The notes beneath the pieces were generated by a model. The model did no database searches, had not been told where the DNA came from, and saw nothing but the letters and a program-made list of their open reading frames with translations. A stretch of DNA of 64,000 nucleotides from Eledone cirrhosa (taxonomy: Eukaryota): the NCBI GenBank assembly GCA_964016885.1, contig OZ024745.1, forward strand, positions 1,550,001-1,614,000, in the 5' to 3' direction. The number at the start of each line of letters is the position of its first letter. Position 1 is the first letter of the stretch. The position numbers were made by a program, and so were the translations under genes. Positions 41,501 through 56,500 of the stretch are shown piece by piece.

Positions 41501-44500
41501 GACACTATGGCAGCTACCAGTATATATGACTGACACTATGGCAGCTACCAGTATATATGACAGTTGACATTATGGCAGCTACCAGTATATATGACTGTTG
41601 ACACTATGGCAGCTACCAGTATATATGACTGTTGACATTATGGCAGCTACCAGTATATATGACTCTTGACACTATGGCAGCTACCAGTATATATGACTGT
41701 TGACACTATGGCAGCTACCAGTATATATGACTATTGACACTATGGCAGCTACCAGTATATATGACTGTTGACACTATGGCTGCTACCAGTATATATGACT
41801 GTTGACACTATGGCAGCTACCAGTATGTATGTCTGTTGACACTATGGCAGCTACCAGTATATATGACTGTTGACACTATGGCAGCTACCAGTATATATGA
41901 CTGTTGACACTATATCAGCTACCAGTATATATGACTATTGACACTATGGCAGCTACCAGTATAGATGACTGTTGACACTATGGCAGCTACCAGTATATAT
42001 GACTCTTGACACTATGGCAGCTACCAGTATATATGACTGTTGACACTATGGCAGCTACCAGTATATATGACTGTTGACATTATGGCAGCTACCAGTATAT
42101 ATGACTCTTGACACTATGGCAGCTATCAGTATATATGACTGTTGACACTATGGCAGCTACCAGTATATATGACTATTGACACTATGGCAGCTACCAGTAT
42201 ATATGACTGTTGACACTATGGCAGCTACCAGTATATATGACTGTTGACACTATGGCAGCTACCAGTATGTATGTCTGTTGACACTATGGCAGCTACCAGT
42301 ATATATGACTGTTGACACTATGGCAGCTACCAGTATATATGACTGTTGACACTATATCAGCTACCAGTATATATGACTATTGACACTATGGCAGCTACCA
42401 GTATAGATGACTGTTGACACTATGGCAGCTACCAGTATATATGACTCTTGACACTATGGCAGCTACCAGTATATATGACTGTTGACACTATGGCAGCTAC
42501 CAGTATATATGACTGTTGACAGTATGGCAGCTACCAGTATATATGACTGATGACAATATGGCAGCTACCAGTATATATGACTGTTGACTGTATGGCAGCT
42601 ACCAGTATTGATGACTGTTGACACTATGGCAGCTACCAGTATATATGACTCTTGACACTATGGCAGCTACCAGTATATATGACTGTTGACACTATGGCAG
42701 ATACCAATATAGATGACTGTTGACACTATGGCAGCTACCAGTATATATGACTCTTGACACTATGGCAGCTACCAGTATATATGACTCTTGACACTATGGC
42801 AGCTACCAGTATATATGACTCTTGACACTATGGCAGCTACCAGTATATATGACTCTTGACACTATGGCAGCTACCAGTATATATGACTGTTGACACTATG
42901 GCAGCTACCAGTATATATGACTGTTGACACTATGGCAGCTACCAGTATAGATGACTGTTGACACTATGGCAGCTACCAGTATATATGACTGTTGACACTA
43001 TAGCAGCTACCAGTATATATGACTGTTGACACTATGGCAGCTACCAGTATATATGACTCTTGACACCATGGCAGCTACCAGTATATATGACTGTTGACAC
43101 TATGGTAGCTACCAGTATATATGACTCTTGACACTATGGCAGCTACCAGTATAGATTACTCTTGACACTATGGCAGCTACCAGTATATATGACTGTTGAC
43201 ACTATGGCAGCTACCAGTATGTATGACTCTTGACAGTATGGCAGCTACCAGTATATATGACTGTTGACACTATGGTAGCTACCAGTATAGATTACTCTTG
43301 ACACTATGGCAGCTACCAGTATATATGACTGTTGACACTATGGTAGCTACCAGTATAGATTACTCTTGACACTATGGCCGCTACCAGTATAGTTGACTGT
43401 TGAAACTATGGCAGCTACCAGTATATATGACTGTTGACACTATGGCAGCTACCAGTATATATGACTGTTGACACTATGGCAGCTACCAGTATATATGACT
43501 GTTGACACTATGGCAGCTACCAGTATATATGACTGTTGACACTATGGCAGCTACCAGTATAGATGACTGTTGACAGTATGGCAGCTACCAGTATATATGA
43601 CTGTTGACACTATGGCAGCTACCAGTATAGATGACTGTTGACAATATGGCAGCTACCAGTATATATGACTGTTGACACTATGGCAGCTACCAGTATAGAT
43701 GACTGTTGACACTATGGCAGCTACCAGTATATATGACTGTTGACACTATGGCAGCTACCAGTATATATGACTGTTGACACTATGGCAGCTACCAGTATAT
43801 ATGACTATTGACACGATGGCAGCTACCAGTATATATGACTGACACTATGGCAGCTACCAGTATATATGACTGTTGACACTATGGCAGCTACCAGTATATA
43901 TGACTGTTGACACTATGGCAGCTACCAGTATAGATGACTGTTGACACTATGGCAGCTACCAGTATATATGACTGTTGACACTATGGCAGCTACCAGTATG
44001 TATGACTGTTGACACTATGGCAGCTACCTGTATATATGTCTGTTGACACTATGGCAGCTACCAGTATGTATGACTCTTGACACTATGGCAGCTACCAGTA
44101 TATATGACTGTTGACACTATGGCAGCTACCTGTATATATGACTGTTGACACTATGGCAGCTACCAGTATATATGACTATTGACACTATGGCAGCTACCAG
44201 TATATATGACTGTTGACACTATGGCAGCTACCAGTATATATGACTATTGACACTATGGCAGCTACCAGTATATATGACTGTTGACACTATGGCAGCTACC
44301 AGTATATATGATTGTTAACACTATGGCAGCTACCAGTATATATGACTGTTGACACGATGGCAGCTACCAGTATATATGACTGACACTATGGCAGCTACCA
44401 GTATATATGAGTGTTGACACTATGGCAGCTACCAGTATATATGACTGTTGACACTATGGCAGCTACCAGTATATATGACTGTTGACACTATATCAGCTAC

Positions 44501-47500
44501 CAGTATAGATGACTGTTGACACTATGGTAGCTACCAGTATATATGACTGTTGACACTATGGTAGCTACCAGTATATATGACTGTTGACACTATGGCAGCT
44601 ACCAGTATATATGACTGTTAACACTTTGGCAGCTACCAGTATGTATGACTGTTGACACTATGGCAGCTACCAGTATATATAACTGTTGACACTATGGCAG
44701 CTACCAGTATATATGACTGTTGACACTATGGCAGCTACCAGTATGTATGACTGTTGACACTATGGCAGCTACCAGTATATATGACTGTTGACACTATGGC
44801 AGCTACCAGTATGTATGACTGTTGACACTATGGCAGCTACCAGTATATATGACTGTTGACACTATGGCAGCTACCAGTATATATGACTGTTGACACTATG
44901 GCAGCTACCAGTATATATGACTGTTGACACTATGGCAGCTACCAGTATGTATGACTGTTGACACTATGGCAGCTACCTGTATATATGTCTGTTGACACTA
45001 TGGCAGCTACCAGTATATATGACTGTTGACACTATGGCAGCTACCAGTATATATGACTGTTGACATTATGGCAGCTACCAGTATGTATGACTGTTGACAC
45101 TATGGCAGCTACCAGTATGTATGACTGTTGACACTATGGTAGCTACCAGTATATATGACTGTTGACACTATGGTAGCTACCAGTATATATGACTGTTGAC
45201 ACTATGGCAGCTACCAGTATATATGACTGACACTATGGCAGCTACCAGTATATATGACAGTTGACATTATGGCAGCTACCAGTATATATGACTGTTGACA
45301 CTATGGCAGCTACCAGTATATATGACTGTTGACATTATGGCAGCTACCAGTATATATGACTCTTGACACTATGGCAGCTACCAGTATATATGACTGTTGA
45401 CACTATGGCAGCTACCAGTATATATGACTATTGACACTATGGCAGCTACCAGTATATATGACTGTTGACACTATGGCAGCTACCAGCATATATGACTGTT
45501 GACACTATGGCAGCTACAAGTATGTATGTCTGTTGACACTATGGCAGCTACCAGTATATATGACTGTTGACACTATGGCAGCTACCAGTATATATGACTG
45601 TTGACACTATATCAGCTACCAGTATATATGACTATTGACACTATGGCAGCTACCAGTATAGATGACTGTTGACACTATGGCAGCTACCAGTATATATGAC
45701 TCTTGACACTATGGCAGCTACCAGTATATATGACTGTTGACACTATGGCAGCTACCAGTATATATGACTGTTGACATTATGGCAGCTACCAGTATATATG
45801 ACTGTTGACACTATGGTAGCTACCAGTATAGATTACTCTTGACACTATGGCAGCTACCAGTATATATGACTGTTGACACTATGGCAGCTACCAGTATATA
45901 TGACTGTTGACACTATGGTAGCTACCAGTATAGATTACTCTTGACACTATGGCAGCTACCAGTATATATGACTGTTGACACTATGGTAGCTACCATTATA
46001 GATTACTCTTGACACTATGGCCGCTACCAGTATATATGACTGTTGACATTATGGCAGCTACCAGTATATATGACTGTTGACACTATGGCAGCTACCAGTA
46101 TATATGACTGTTGACACTATGGCAGCTACCAGTATATATGACTGTTGACACTATGGCAGCTACCAGTATATATGACTGTTGACACTATGGCAGCTACCAG
46201 TATATATGACTGTTGACACTATGGCAGCTACCAGTATAGATGACTGTTGACAGTATGGCAGCTACCAGTATATATGACTGTTGACACTATGGCAGCTACC
46301 AGTATAGATGACTGTTGACAATATGGCTGCTACCAGTATATATGACTGTTGACACTATGGCAGCTACCAGTATATATGACTGTTGACACTCTGGCAGCTA
46401 CCAGTATATATGACTGTTGACACTATGGCAGCTACCAGTATATATGACTGTTGACACTATGGCAGCTACCAGTATATATGACTGTTGACACTCTGGCAGC
46501 TACCAGTATATATGACTGTTGACACTATGGCAGCTACCAGTATATATGACTGTTGACACTATGGCAGCTACCAGTATAGATGACTGTTGACACTATGGCA
46601 GCTACCAGTATATATGACTCTTGACAGTATGACAGCTACCAGTATATATGACTGTTGACACTATGGCAGCTACCAGTATATATGACTGTTGACACTATGG
46701 TAGCTACCAGTATAGATTACTCTTGACACTATGGCAGCTACCAGTATATATGACTGTTGACACTATGGTAGCTACCAGTATAGATTACTCTTGACACTAT
46801 GGCCGCTACCAGTATAGTTGACTGTTGAAACTATGGCAGCTACCAGTATATATGACTGTTGACACTATGGCAGCTACCAGTATATATGACTGTTGACACT
46901 ATGGCAGCTACCAGTATATATGACTGTTGACACTATGGCAGCTACCAGTATATATGACTGTTGACACTATGGCAGCTACCAGTATAGATGACTGTTGACA
47001 GTATGGCAGCTACCAGTATATATGACTGTTGACACTATGGCAGCTACCAGTATAGATGACTGTTGACAATATGGCAGCTACCAGTATATATGACTGTTGA
47101 CACTATGGCAGCTACCAGTATATATGACTGTTGACACTCTGGCAGCTACCAGTATATATGACTGTTGACACTATGGCAGCTACCAGTATATATGACTGTT
47201 GACACTATGGCAGCTACCAGTATATATGACTGTTGACACTCTGGCAGCTACCAGTATATATGACTGTTGACACTATGGCAGCTACCAGTATATATGACTG
47301 TTGACACTATGGTAGCTACCAGTATATATGACTCTTGACACTATGGCAGCTACCAGTATAGATTACTCTTGACACTATGGCAGCTACCAGTATATATGAC
47401 TGTTGACACTATGGCAGCTACCAGTATGTATGACTCTTGACAGTATGGCAGCTACCAGTATATATGACTGTTGACACTATGGTAGCTACCAGTATAGATT

Positions 47501-50500
47501 ACTCTTGACACTATGGCAGCTACCAGTATATATGACTGTTGACACTATGGTAGCTACCAGTATAGATTACTCTTGACACTATGGCCGCTACCAGTATATA
47601 TGACTGTTGACATTATGGCAGCTACCAGTATATATGACTGTTGACACTATGGCAGCTACCAGTATATATGACTGTTGACACTATGGCAGCTACCAGTATA
47701 TATGACTGTTGACACTATGGCAGCTACCAGTATATATGACTGTTGACACTATGGCAGCTACCAGTATATATGACTGTTGACACTATGGCAGCTACCAGTA
47801 TAGATGACTGTTGACAGTATGGCAGCTACCAGTATATATGACTGTTGACACTATGGCAGCTACCAGTATAGATGACTGTTGACAATATGGCAGCTACCAG
47901 TATATATGACTGTTGACACTATGGCAGCTACCAGTATATATGACTGTTGACACTCTGGCAGCTACCAGTATATATGACTGTTGACACTATGGCAGCTACC
48001 AGTATATATGACTGTTGACACTATGGCAGCTACCAGTATATATGACTGTTGACACTCTGGCAGCTACCAGTATATATGACTGTTGACACTATGGCAGCTA
48101 CCAGTATATATGACTGTTGACACTATGGCAGCTACCAGTATAGATGACTGTTGACACTATGGCAGCTACCAGTATATATGACTCTTGACAGTATGGCAGC
48201 TACCAGTATATATGACTGTTGACACTATGGCAGCTACCAGTATATATGACTGTTGACACTATGGTAGCTACCAGTATAGATTACTCTTGACACTATGGCA
48301 GCTACCAGTATATATGACTGTTGACACTATGGTAGCTACCAGTATAGATTACTCTTGACACTATGGCCGCTACCAGTATAGTTGACTGTTGAAACTATGG
48401 CAGCTACCAGTATATATGACTGTTGACACTATGGCAGCTACCAGTATATATGACTGTTGACACTATGGCAGCTACCAGTATATATGACTGTTGACACTAT
48501 GGCAGCTACCAGTATATATGACTGTTGACACTATGGCAGCTACCAGTATAGATGACTGTTGACAGTATGGCAGCTACCAGTATATATGACTGTTGACACT
48601 ATGGCAGCTACCAGTATAGATGACTGTTGACAATATGGCAGCTACCAGTATATATGACTGTTGACACTATGGCAGCTACCAGTATAGATGACTGTTGACA
48701 ATATGGCAGCTACCAGTATATATGACTGTTGACACTATGGCAGCTACCAGTATATATGACTGTTGACACTATGGCAGCTACCAGTATATATGACTGTTGA
48801 CACTATGGCAGCTACCAGTATATATGACTGTTGACACTCTGGCAGCTACCAGTATATATGACTGTTGACACTATGGCAGCTACCAGTATATATGACTGTT
48901 GACACTCTGGCAGCTACCAGTATATATGACTGTTGACACTATGGCAGCTACCAGTATATATGACTGTTGACACTATGGCAGCTACCAGTATATATGACTG
49001 TTGACACTCTGGCAGCTACCAGTATATATGACTGTTGACACTATGGCAGCTACCAGTATATATGACTGTTGACACTATGGCAGCTACCAGTATAGATGAC
49101 TGTTGACACTATGGCAGCTACCAGTATATATGACTCTTGACAGTATGGCAGCTACCAGTATATATGACTGTTGACACTATGGCAGCTACCAGTATATATG
49201 TCTGTTGACACTATGGCAGCTACCAGTATAGATGACTGTTGACACTATGGCAGCTACCAGTATAGATGACTGTTGACACTATGGCAGCTACCAGTATATA
49301 TGACTGTTGACACTATGGCAGCTACCAGTATATATGACTGTTGACACTATGGCAGCTACCAGTATAGATGACTCTTGACACTATGGCAGCTACCAGTATA
49401 GATGACTCTTGACACTATGGCAGCTACCTGTATATATGACTGTTGACACTATGGCAGCTACCAGTATGTATGACTGTTGACACTATAGCAGCTACCAGTA
49501 TATATGACTGTTGACACTATGGCAGCTACCAGTATATATGTCTGTTGACACTATGGCAGCTACCAGTATATATGACTGTTGACACTATGGCAGCTACCAG
49601 TATATATGACTGTTGACATTATGGCAGCTACCAGTATATATGACTATTGACACTATGGCAGCTACCAGTATATATGACTGTTGACACTATGGCAGCTACC
49701 AGTATATATGACTGTTGACACTATGGCAGCTACCAGTATGTATGACTCTTGACATTATGGCAGCTACCAGTATATATGACTATTGACACTATGGCAGCTA
49801 CCAGTATATATGACTGTTGACACTATGGCAGCCACCAGTATGTATGACTCTTGACATTATGGCAGCTACCAGTATGTATGACTCCTGACACTATGGCAGC
49901 TACCAGTATATATGACTGTTGACACTATGGCAGCTACCAGTATATATAACTGTTGACATTATGGCAGCTACCAGTATATATGACTCTTGACACTATGGCA
50001 GCTACCAGTATGTATGACTCTTGACATTATGGCAGCTACCAGTATATATAACTGTTGACACTATGGCAGCTACCAGTATATATGACTGTTGACACTATGG
50101 CAGCTACCAGTATGTATGACTCTTGACATTATGGCAGCTACCAGTATAGATGACTGTTGACACTATGGCAGCTACCAGTATAGATGACTGTTGACACTAT
50201 GGCAGCTACCAGTATATATGACTGTTGACACTATGGCAGCAACCAGTATAGATGACTCTTGACACTATGGCAGCTACCAGTATAGATGACTCTTGACACT
50301 ATGGCAGCTACCAGTATATATGACTATTGACACTATGGCAGCTACCAGTATATATGACTGTTGACACTATGGCAGCTACCAGTATATATGACTGTTGACA
50401 CTATAGCAGCTACCAGTATATATGACTGTTGACACTATGGCAGCTACCAGTATATATGACTGTTGACATTATGGCAGCTACCAGTATATATGACTGTTGA

Positions 50501-53500
50501 CACTATGGCAGCTACCAGTATATATGACTGTTGACATTATGGCAGCTACCAGTATATATGACTGTTGACATTATGGCAGCTACCAGTATATATGACTGTT
50601 GACACTATGGCAGCTACCAGTATATATGACTGTTGACATTATGGCAGCTACCAGTATATATGACTGTTGACACTATAGCAGCTACCAGTATAGATGAGTG
50701 TTGACACTATGGCAGCTACCAGTATATATGACTGTTGACATTATGGCAGCTACCAGTATATATGACTGTTGACACTATGGCAGCTACCAGTATATATGAC
50801 TGTTGACATTATGGCAGCTACCAGTATATATGTCTCTTGACACTATGGCAGCTACCAGTATATATGACTATTGACACTATGGCAGCTACCAGTATAGATG
50901 ACTGTTGACACTATGGCAGCTACCAGTGTATATGACTCTTGACACTATGGCAGCTACCAGTATGTATGACTGTTGACACTATGGCAGCTACCAGTATATA
51001 TGACTGTTGACATTATGGCAGCGACCAGTATATATGACTGTTGACACTATGGCAGCTACCAGTATATATGACTGTTGACACTATGGCAGCTACCAGTATG
51101 TATGACTGTTGACACTATGGCAGCTACCAGTATATATGACTCTTGACACTATGGCAGCTACCAGTATATATGACTGTTGACATTATGGCAGCTACCAGTA
51201 TATATGACTGTTAACACTATGGCAGCTACCAGTATATATGACTGTTGACACTATGGCAGCTACCAGTATGTATGACTGTTGACACTATGGCAGCTACCAG
51301 TATATATGACTGTTGACACTATGGCAGCTACCAGTATATATGACTGTTGACATTATGGCAGCTACCAGTATATATGACTGTTGACACTATGGCAGTTACC
51401 AGTATATATGTCTGTTGACACTATGGCAGCTACCAGTATATATGACTGTTGACATTATGGCAGCTACCAGTATATATGACTCTTGACACTATGGCAGCTA
51501 CCAGTATATATGACTGTTGACCCTATGGCAGCTACCAGTATATATGACTGTTGACACTATGGCAGCTACCAGTATATATGACTGTTGACACTATGGCAGC
51601 TACCAGTATATATGACTGTTGACACTATAGCAGCTACCAGTATATATGATTGTTGACACTATGGCAGCTACCAGTATATATGACAGTTGACACTATGGCA
51701 GCTACCAGTATATATGACTGTTGACACTATGGCAGCTACCAGTATATATGACTATTGACACTATGGCAGCTACCAGTATATATGACTGTTGTCACTATGG
51801 CAGCTACCGGTATATATGACTGTTGACACTATGGCAGCTACCAGTATATATGCCTGTTGACACTATGGCAGCTACCAGTATATATGACTATTGACACTAT
51901 GGCAGCTACCAGTATAGTTGACTGTTGAAACTATGGCAGCTACCAGTATATATGACTGTTGACACTATGGGAGCTACCAGTATAGATGACTGTTGACACT
52001 ATGGCAGCTACCAGTATAGATGACTGTTGACACTATGTCAGCTACCAGTATATATGACTGTTGACACTATGGCAGCTACCAGTATATATGACTGTTGACA
52101 TTATGGCAGCTACCAGTATATATGACTCTTGACACTATGGCAGCTACCAGTATATATGACTGTTGACACTATGGCAGCTACCAGTATATATGACTGTTGA
52201 CACTATGGCAGCTACCAGTATACATGACTGTTGACACTCTGGCAGCTACCAGTATATATGACTGTTGACACTATGGCAGCTACCAGTATATATGACTGTT
52301 GACACTATGGCAGCTACCAGTATATATGACTGTTGACACTATGGCAGCTACCAGTATACATGACTGTTGACACTCTGGCAGCTACCAGTATATATGACTG
52401 TTGACACTCTGGCAGCTACCAGTATATATGACTGTTGACACTATGGCAGCTACCAGTATATATGACTGTTGACACTATGGCAGCTACCAGTATACATGAC
52501 TGTTGACAGTATGGCAGATACCAGTATATATGACTGTTGACACTATGGCAGCTACCAGTATATATGACTGTTGACATTATGGCAGCTACCAGTATATATG
52601 ACTCTTGACACTATGGCAGCTACCAGTATATATGACTGTTGACACTATGGCAGCTACCAGTATATATGACTGTTGACACTATGGCAGCTACCAGTATACA
52701 TGACTGTTGACATTATGGCAGCTACCAGTATATATGACTGTTGACACTATGGCAGCTACCAGTATATATGAGTCTTGACACTATGGCAGCTACCAGTATA
52801 GATGACTGTTGACATTATGGCAGCTACCAGTATATATGACTGTTGACACTATGGCAGCTACCAGTATATATGACTGTTGACACTATGGCAGCTACCAGTA
52901 TATATGACTGACACTATGGCAGCTACCAGTATATATGACAGTTGACATTATGGCAGCTACCAGTATATATGACTGTTGACACTATGGCAGCTACCAGTAT
53001 ATATGACTGACACTATGGCAGCTACCAGTATATATGACAGTTGACATTATGGCAGCTACCAGTATATATGACTATTGACACTATGGCAGCTACCAGTATA
53101 TATGACAGTTGACATTATGGCAGCTACCAGTATATATGACTGTTGACACTATGGCAGCTACCAGTATATATGACAGTTGACATTATGGCAGCTACCAGTA
53201 TATATGACTGTTGACACTATGGCAGCTACCAGTATATATGACTGACACTATGGCAGCTACCAGTATATATGACAGTTGACATTATGGCAGCTACCAGTAT
53301 ATATGACTATTGACACTATGGCAGCTACCAGTATATATGACAGTTGACATTATGGCAGCTACCAGTATATATGACTGTTGACACTATGGCAGCTACCAGT
53401 ATATATGACAGTTGACATTATGGCAGCTACCAGTATATATGACTATTGACACTATGGCAGCTACCAGTATATATGACTGTTGACACTATGGCAGCTACCA

Positions 53501-56500
53501 GTATATATGACTGTTGACACTATGGCAGCTACCAGTATATATGAGTCTTGACACTATGGCAGCTACCAGTATATATGACTGTTGACACTATGGCAGCTAC
53601 CAGTATAGATGACTGTTGACATTATGGCAGCTACCAGTATATATGACTGTTGACACTATGGCAGCTACCAGTATATATGAGTCTTGACACTATGGCAGCT
53701 ACCAGTATAGATGACTGTTGACATTATGGCAGCTACCAGTATATATGACTGTTGACACTATGGCAGCTACCAGTATATATGACTGTTGACACTATGGCAG
53801 CTACCAGTATATATGACTATTGACACTATGGCAGCTACCAGTATATATGACTGACACTATGGCAGCTACCAGTATATATGACAGTTGACATTATGGCAGC
53901 TACCAGTATATATGACTGTTGACACTATGGCAGCTACCAGTATATATGACTGACACTATGGCAGCTACCAGTATATATGACAGTTGACATTATGGCAGCT
54001 ACCAGTATATATGACTGTTGACACTATGGCAGCTACCAGTATATATGACTGTTGACATTATGGCAGCTACCAGTATATATGACTCTTGACACTATGGCAG
54101 CTACCAGTATATATGACTGTTGACAATATGGCAGCTACCAGTATATATGACTATTGACACTATGGCAGCTACCAGTATATATGACTGTTGACACTATGGC
54201 TGCTACCAGTATATATGACTGTTGACACTATGGCAGCTACCAGTATGTATGTCTGTTGACACTATGGCAGCTACCAGTATATATGACTGTTGACACTATG
54301 GCAGCTACCAGTATATATGACTGTTGACACTATATCAGCTACCAGTATATATGACTATTGACACTATGGCAGCTACCAGTATAGATGACTGTTGACACTA
54401 TGGCAGCTACCAGTATATATGACTCTTGACACTATGGCAGCTACCAGTATATATGACTGTTGACACTATGGCAGCTACCAGTATATATGACTGTTGACAT
54501 TATGGCAGCTACCAGTATATATGACTCTTGACACTATAGCAGCTATCAGTATATATGACTGTTGACACTATGGCAGCTACCAGTATATATGACTATTGAC
54601 ACTATGGCAGCTACCAGTATATATGACTGTTGACACTATGGCAGCTACCAGTATATATGACTGTTGACACTATGGCAGCTACCAGTATGTATGTCTGTTG
54701 ACACTATGGCAGCTACCAGTATATATGACTGTTGACACTATGGCAGCTACCAGTATATATGACTGTTGACACTATATCAGCTACCAGTATATATGACTAT
54801 TGACACTATGGCAGCTACCAGTATAGATGACTGTTGACACTATGGCAGCTACCAGTATATATGACTCTTGACACTATGGCAGCTACCAGTATATATGACT
54901 GTTGACACTATGGCAGCTACCAGTATATATGACTGTTGACAGTATGGCAGCTACCAGTATATATGACTGATGACAATATGGCAGCTACCAGTATATATGA
55001 CTGTTGACTGTATGGCAGCTACCAGTATTGATGACTGTTGACACTATGGCAGCTACCAGTATATATGACTCTTGACACTATGGCAGCTACCAGTATATAT
55101 GACTGTTGACACTATGGCAGATACCAATATAGATGACTGTTGACACTATGGCAGCTACCAGTATATATGACTCTTGACACTATGGCAGCTACCAGTATAT
55201 ATGACTCTTGACACTATGGCAGCTACCAGTATATATGACTCTTGACACTATGGCAGCTACCAGTATATATGACTCTTGACACTATGGCAGCTACCAGTAT
55301 ATATGACTGTTGACACTATGGCAGCTACCAGTATATATGACTGTTGACACTATGGCAGCTACCAGTATAGATGACTGTTGACACTATGGCAGCTACCAGT
55401 ATATATGACTGTTGACACTATAGCAGCTACCAGTATATATGACTGTTGACACTATGGCAGCTACCAGTATATATGACTCTTGACACCATGGCAGCTACCA
55501 GTATATATGACTGTTGACACTATGGTAGCTACCAGTATATATGACTCTTGACACTATGGCAGCTACCAGTATAGATTACTCTTCACACTATGGCAGCTAC
55601 CAGTATATATGACTGTTGACACTATGGCAGCTACCAGTATGTATGACTCTTGACAGTATGGCAGCTACCAGTATATATGACTGTTGACACTATGGTAGCT
55701 ACCAGTATAGATTACTCTTGACACTATGGCAGCTACCAGTATATATGACTGTTGACACTATGGTAGCTACCAGTATAGATTACTCTTGACACTATGGCCG
55801 CTACCAGTATAGTTGACTGTTGAAACTATGGCAGCTACCAGTATATATGACTGTTGACACTATGGCAGCTACCAGTATATATGACTGTTGACACTATGGC
55901 AGCTACCAGTATATATGACTGTTGACACTATGGCAGCTACCAGTATATATGACTGTTGACACTATGGCAGCTACCAGTATAGATGACTGTTGACAGTATG
56001 GCAGCTACCAGTATATATGACTGTTGACACTATGGCAGCTACCAGTATAGATGACTGTTGACAATATGGCAGCTACCAGTATATATGACTGTTGACACTA
56101 TGGCAGCTACCAGTATAGATGACTGTTGACACTATGGCAGCTACCAGTATATATGACTGTTGACACTATGGCAGCTACCAGTATATATGACTGTTGACAC
56201 TATGGCAGCTACCAGTATATATGACTATTGACACGATGGCAGCTACCAGTATATATGACTGACACTATGGCAGCTACCAGTATATATGACTGTTGACACT
56301 ATGGCAGCTACCAGTATATATGACTGTTGACACTATGGCAGCTACCAGTATAGATGACTGTTGACACTATGGCAGCTACCAGTATATATGACTGTTGACA
56401 CTATGGCAGCTACCAGTATGTATGACTGTTGACACTATGGCAGCTACCTGTATATATGTCTGTTGACACTATGGCAGCTACCAGTATGTATGACTCTTGA

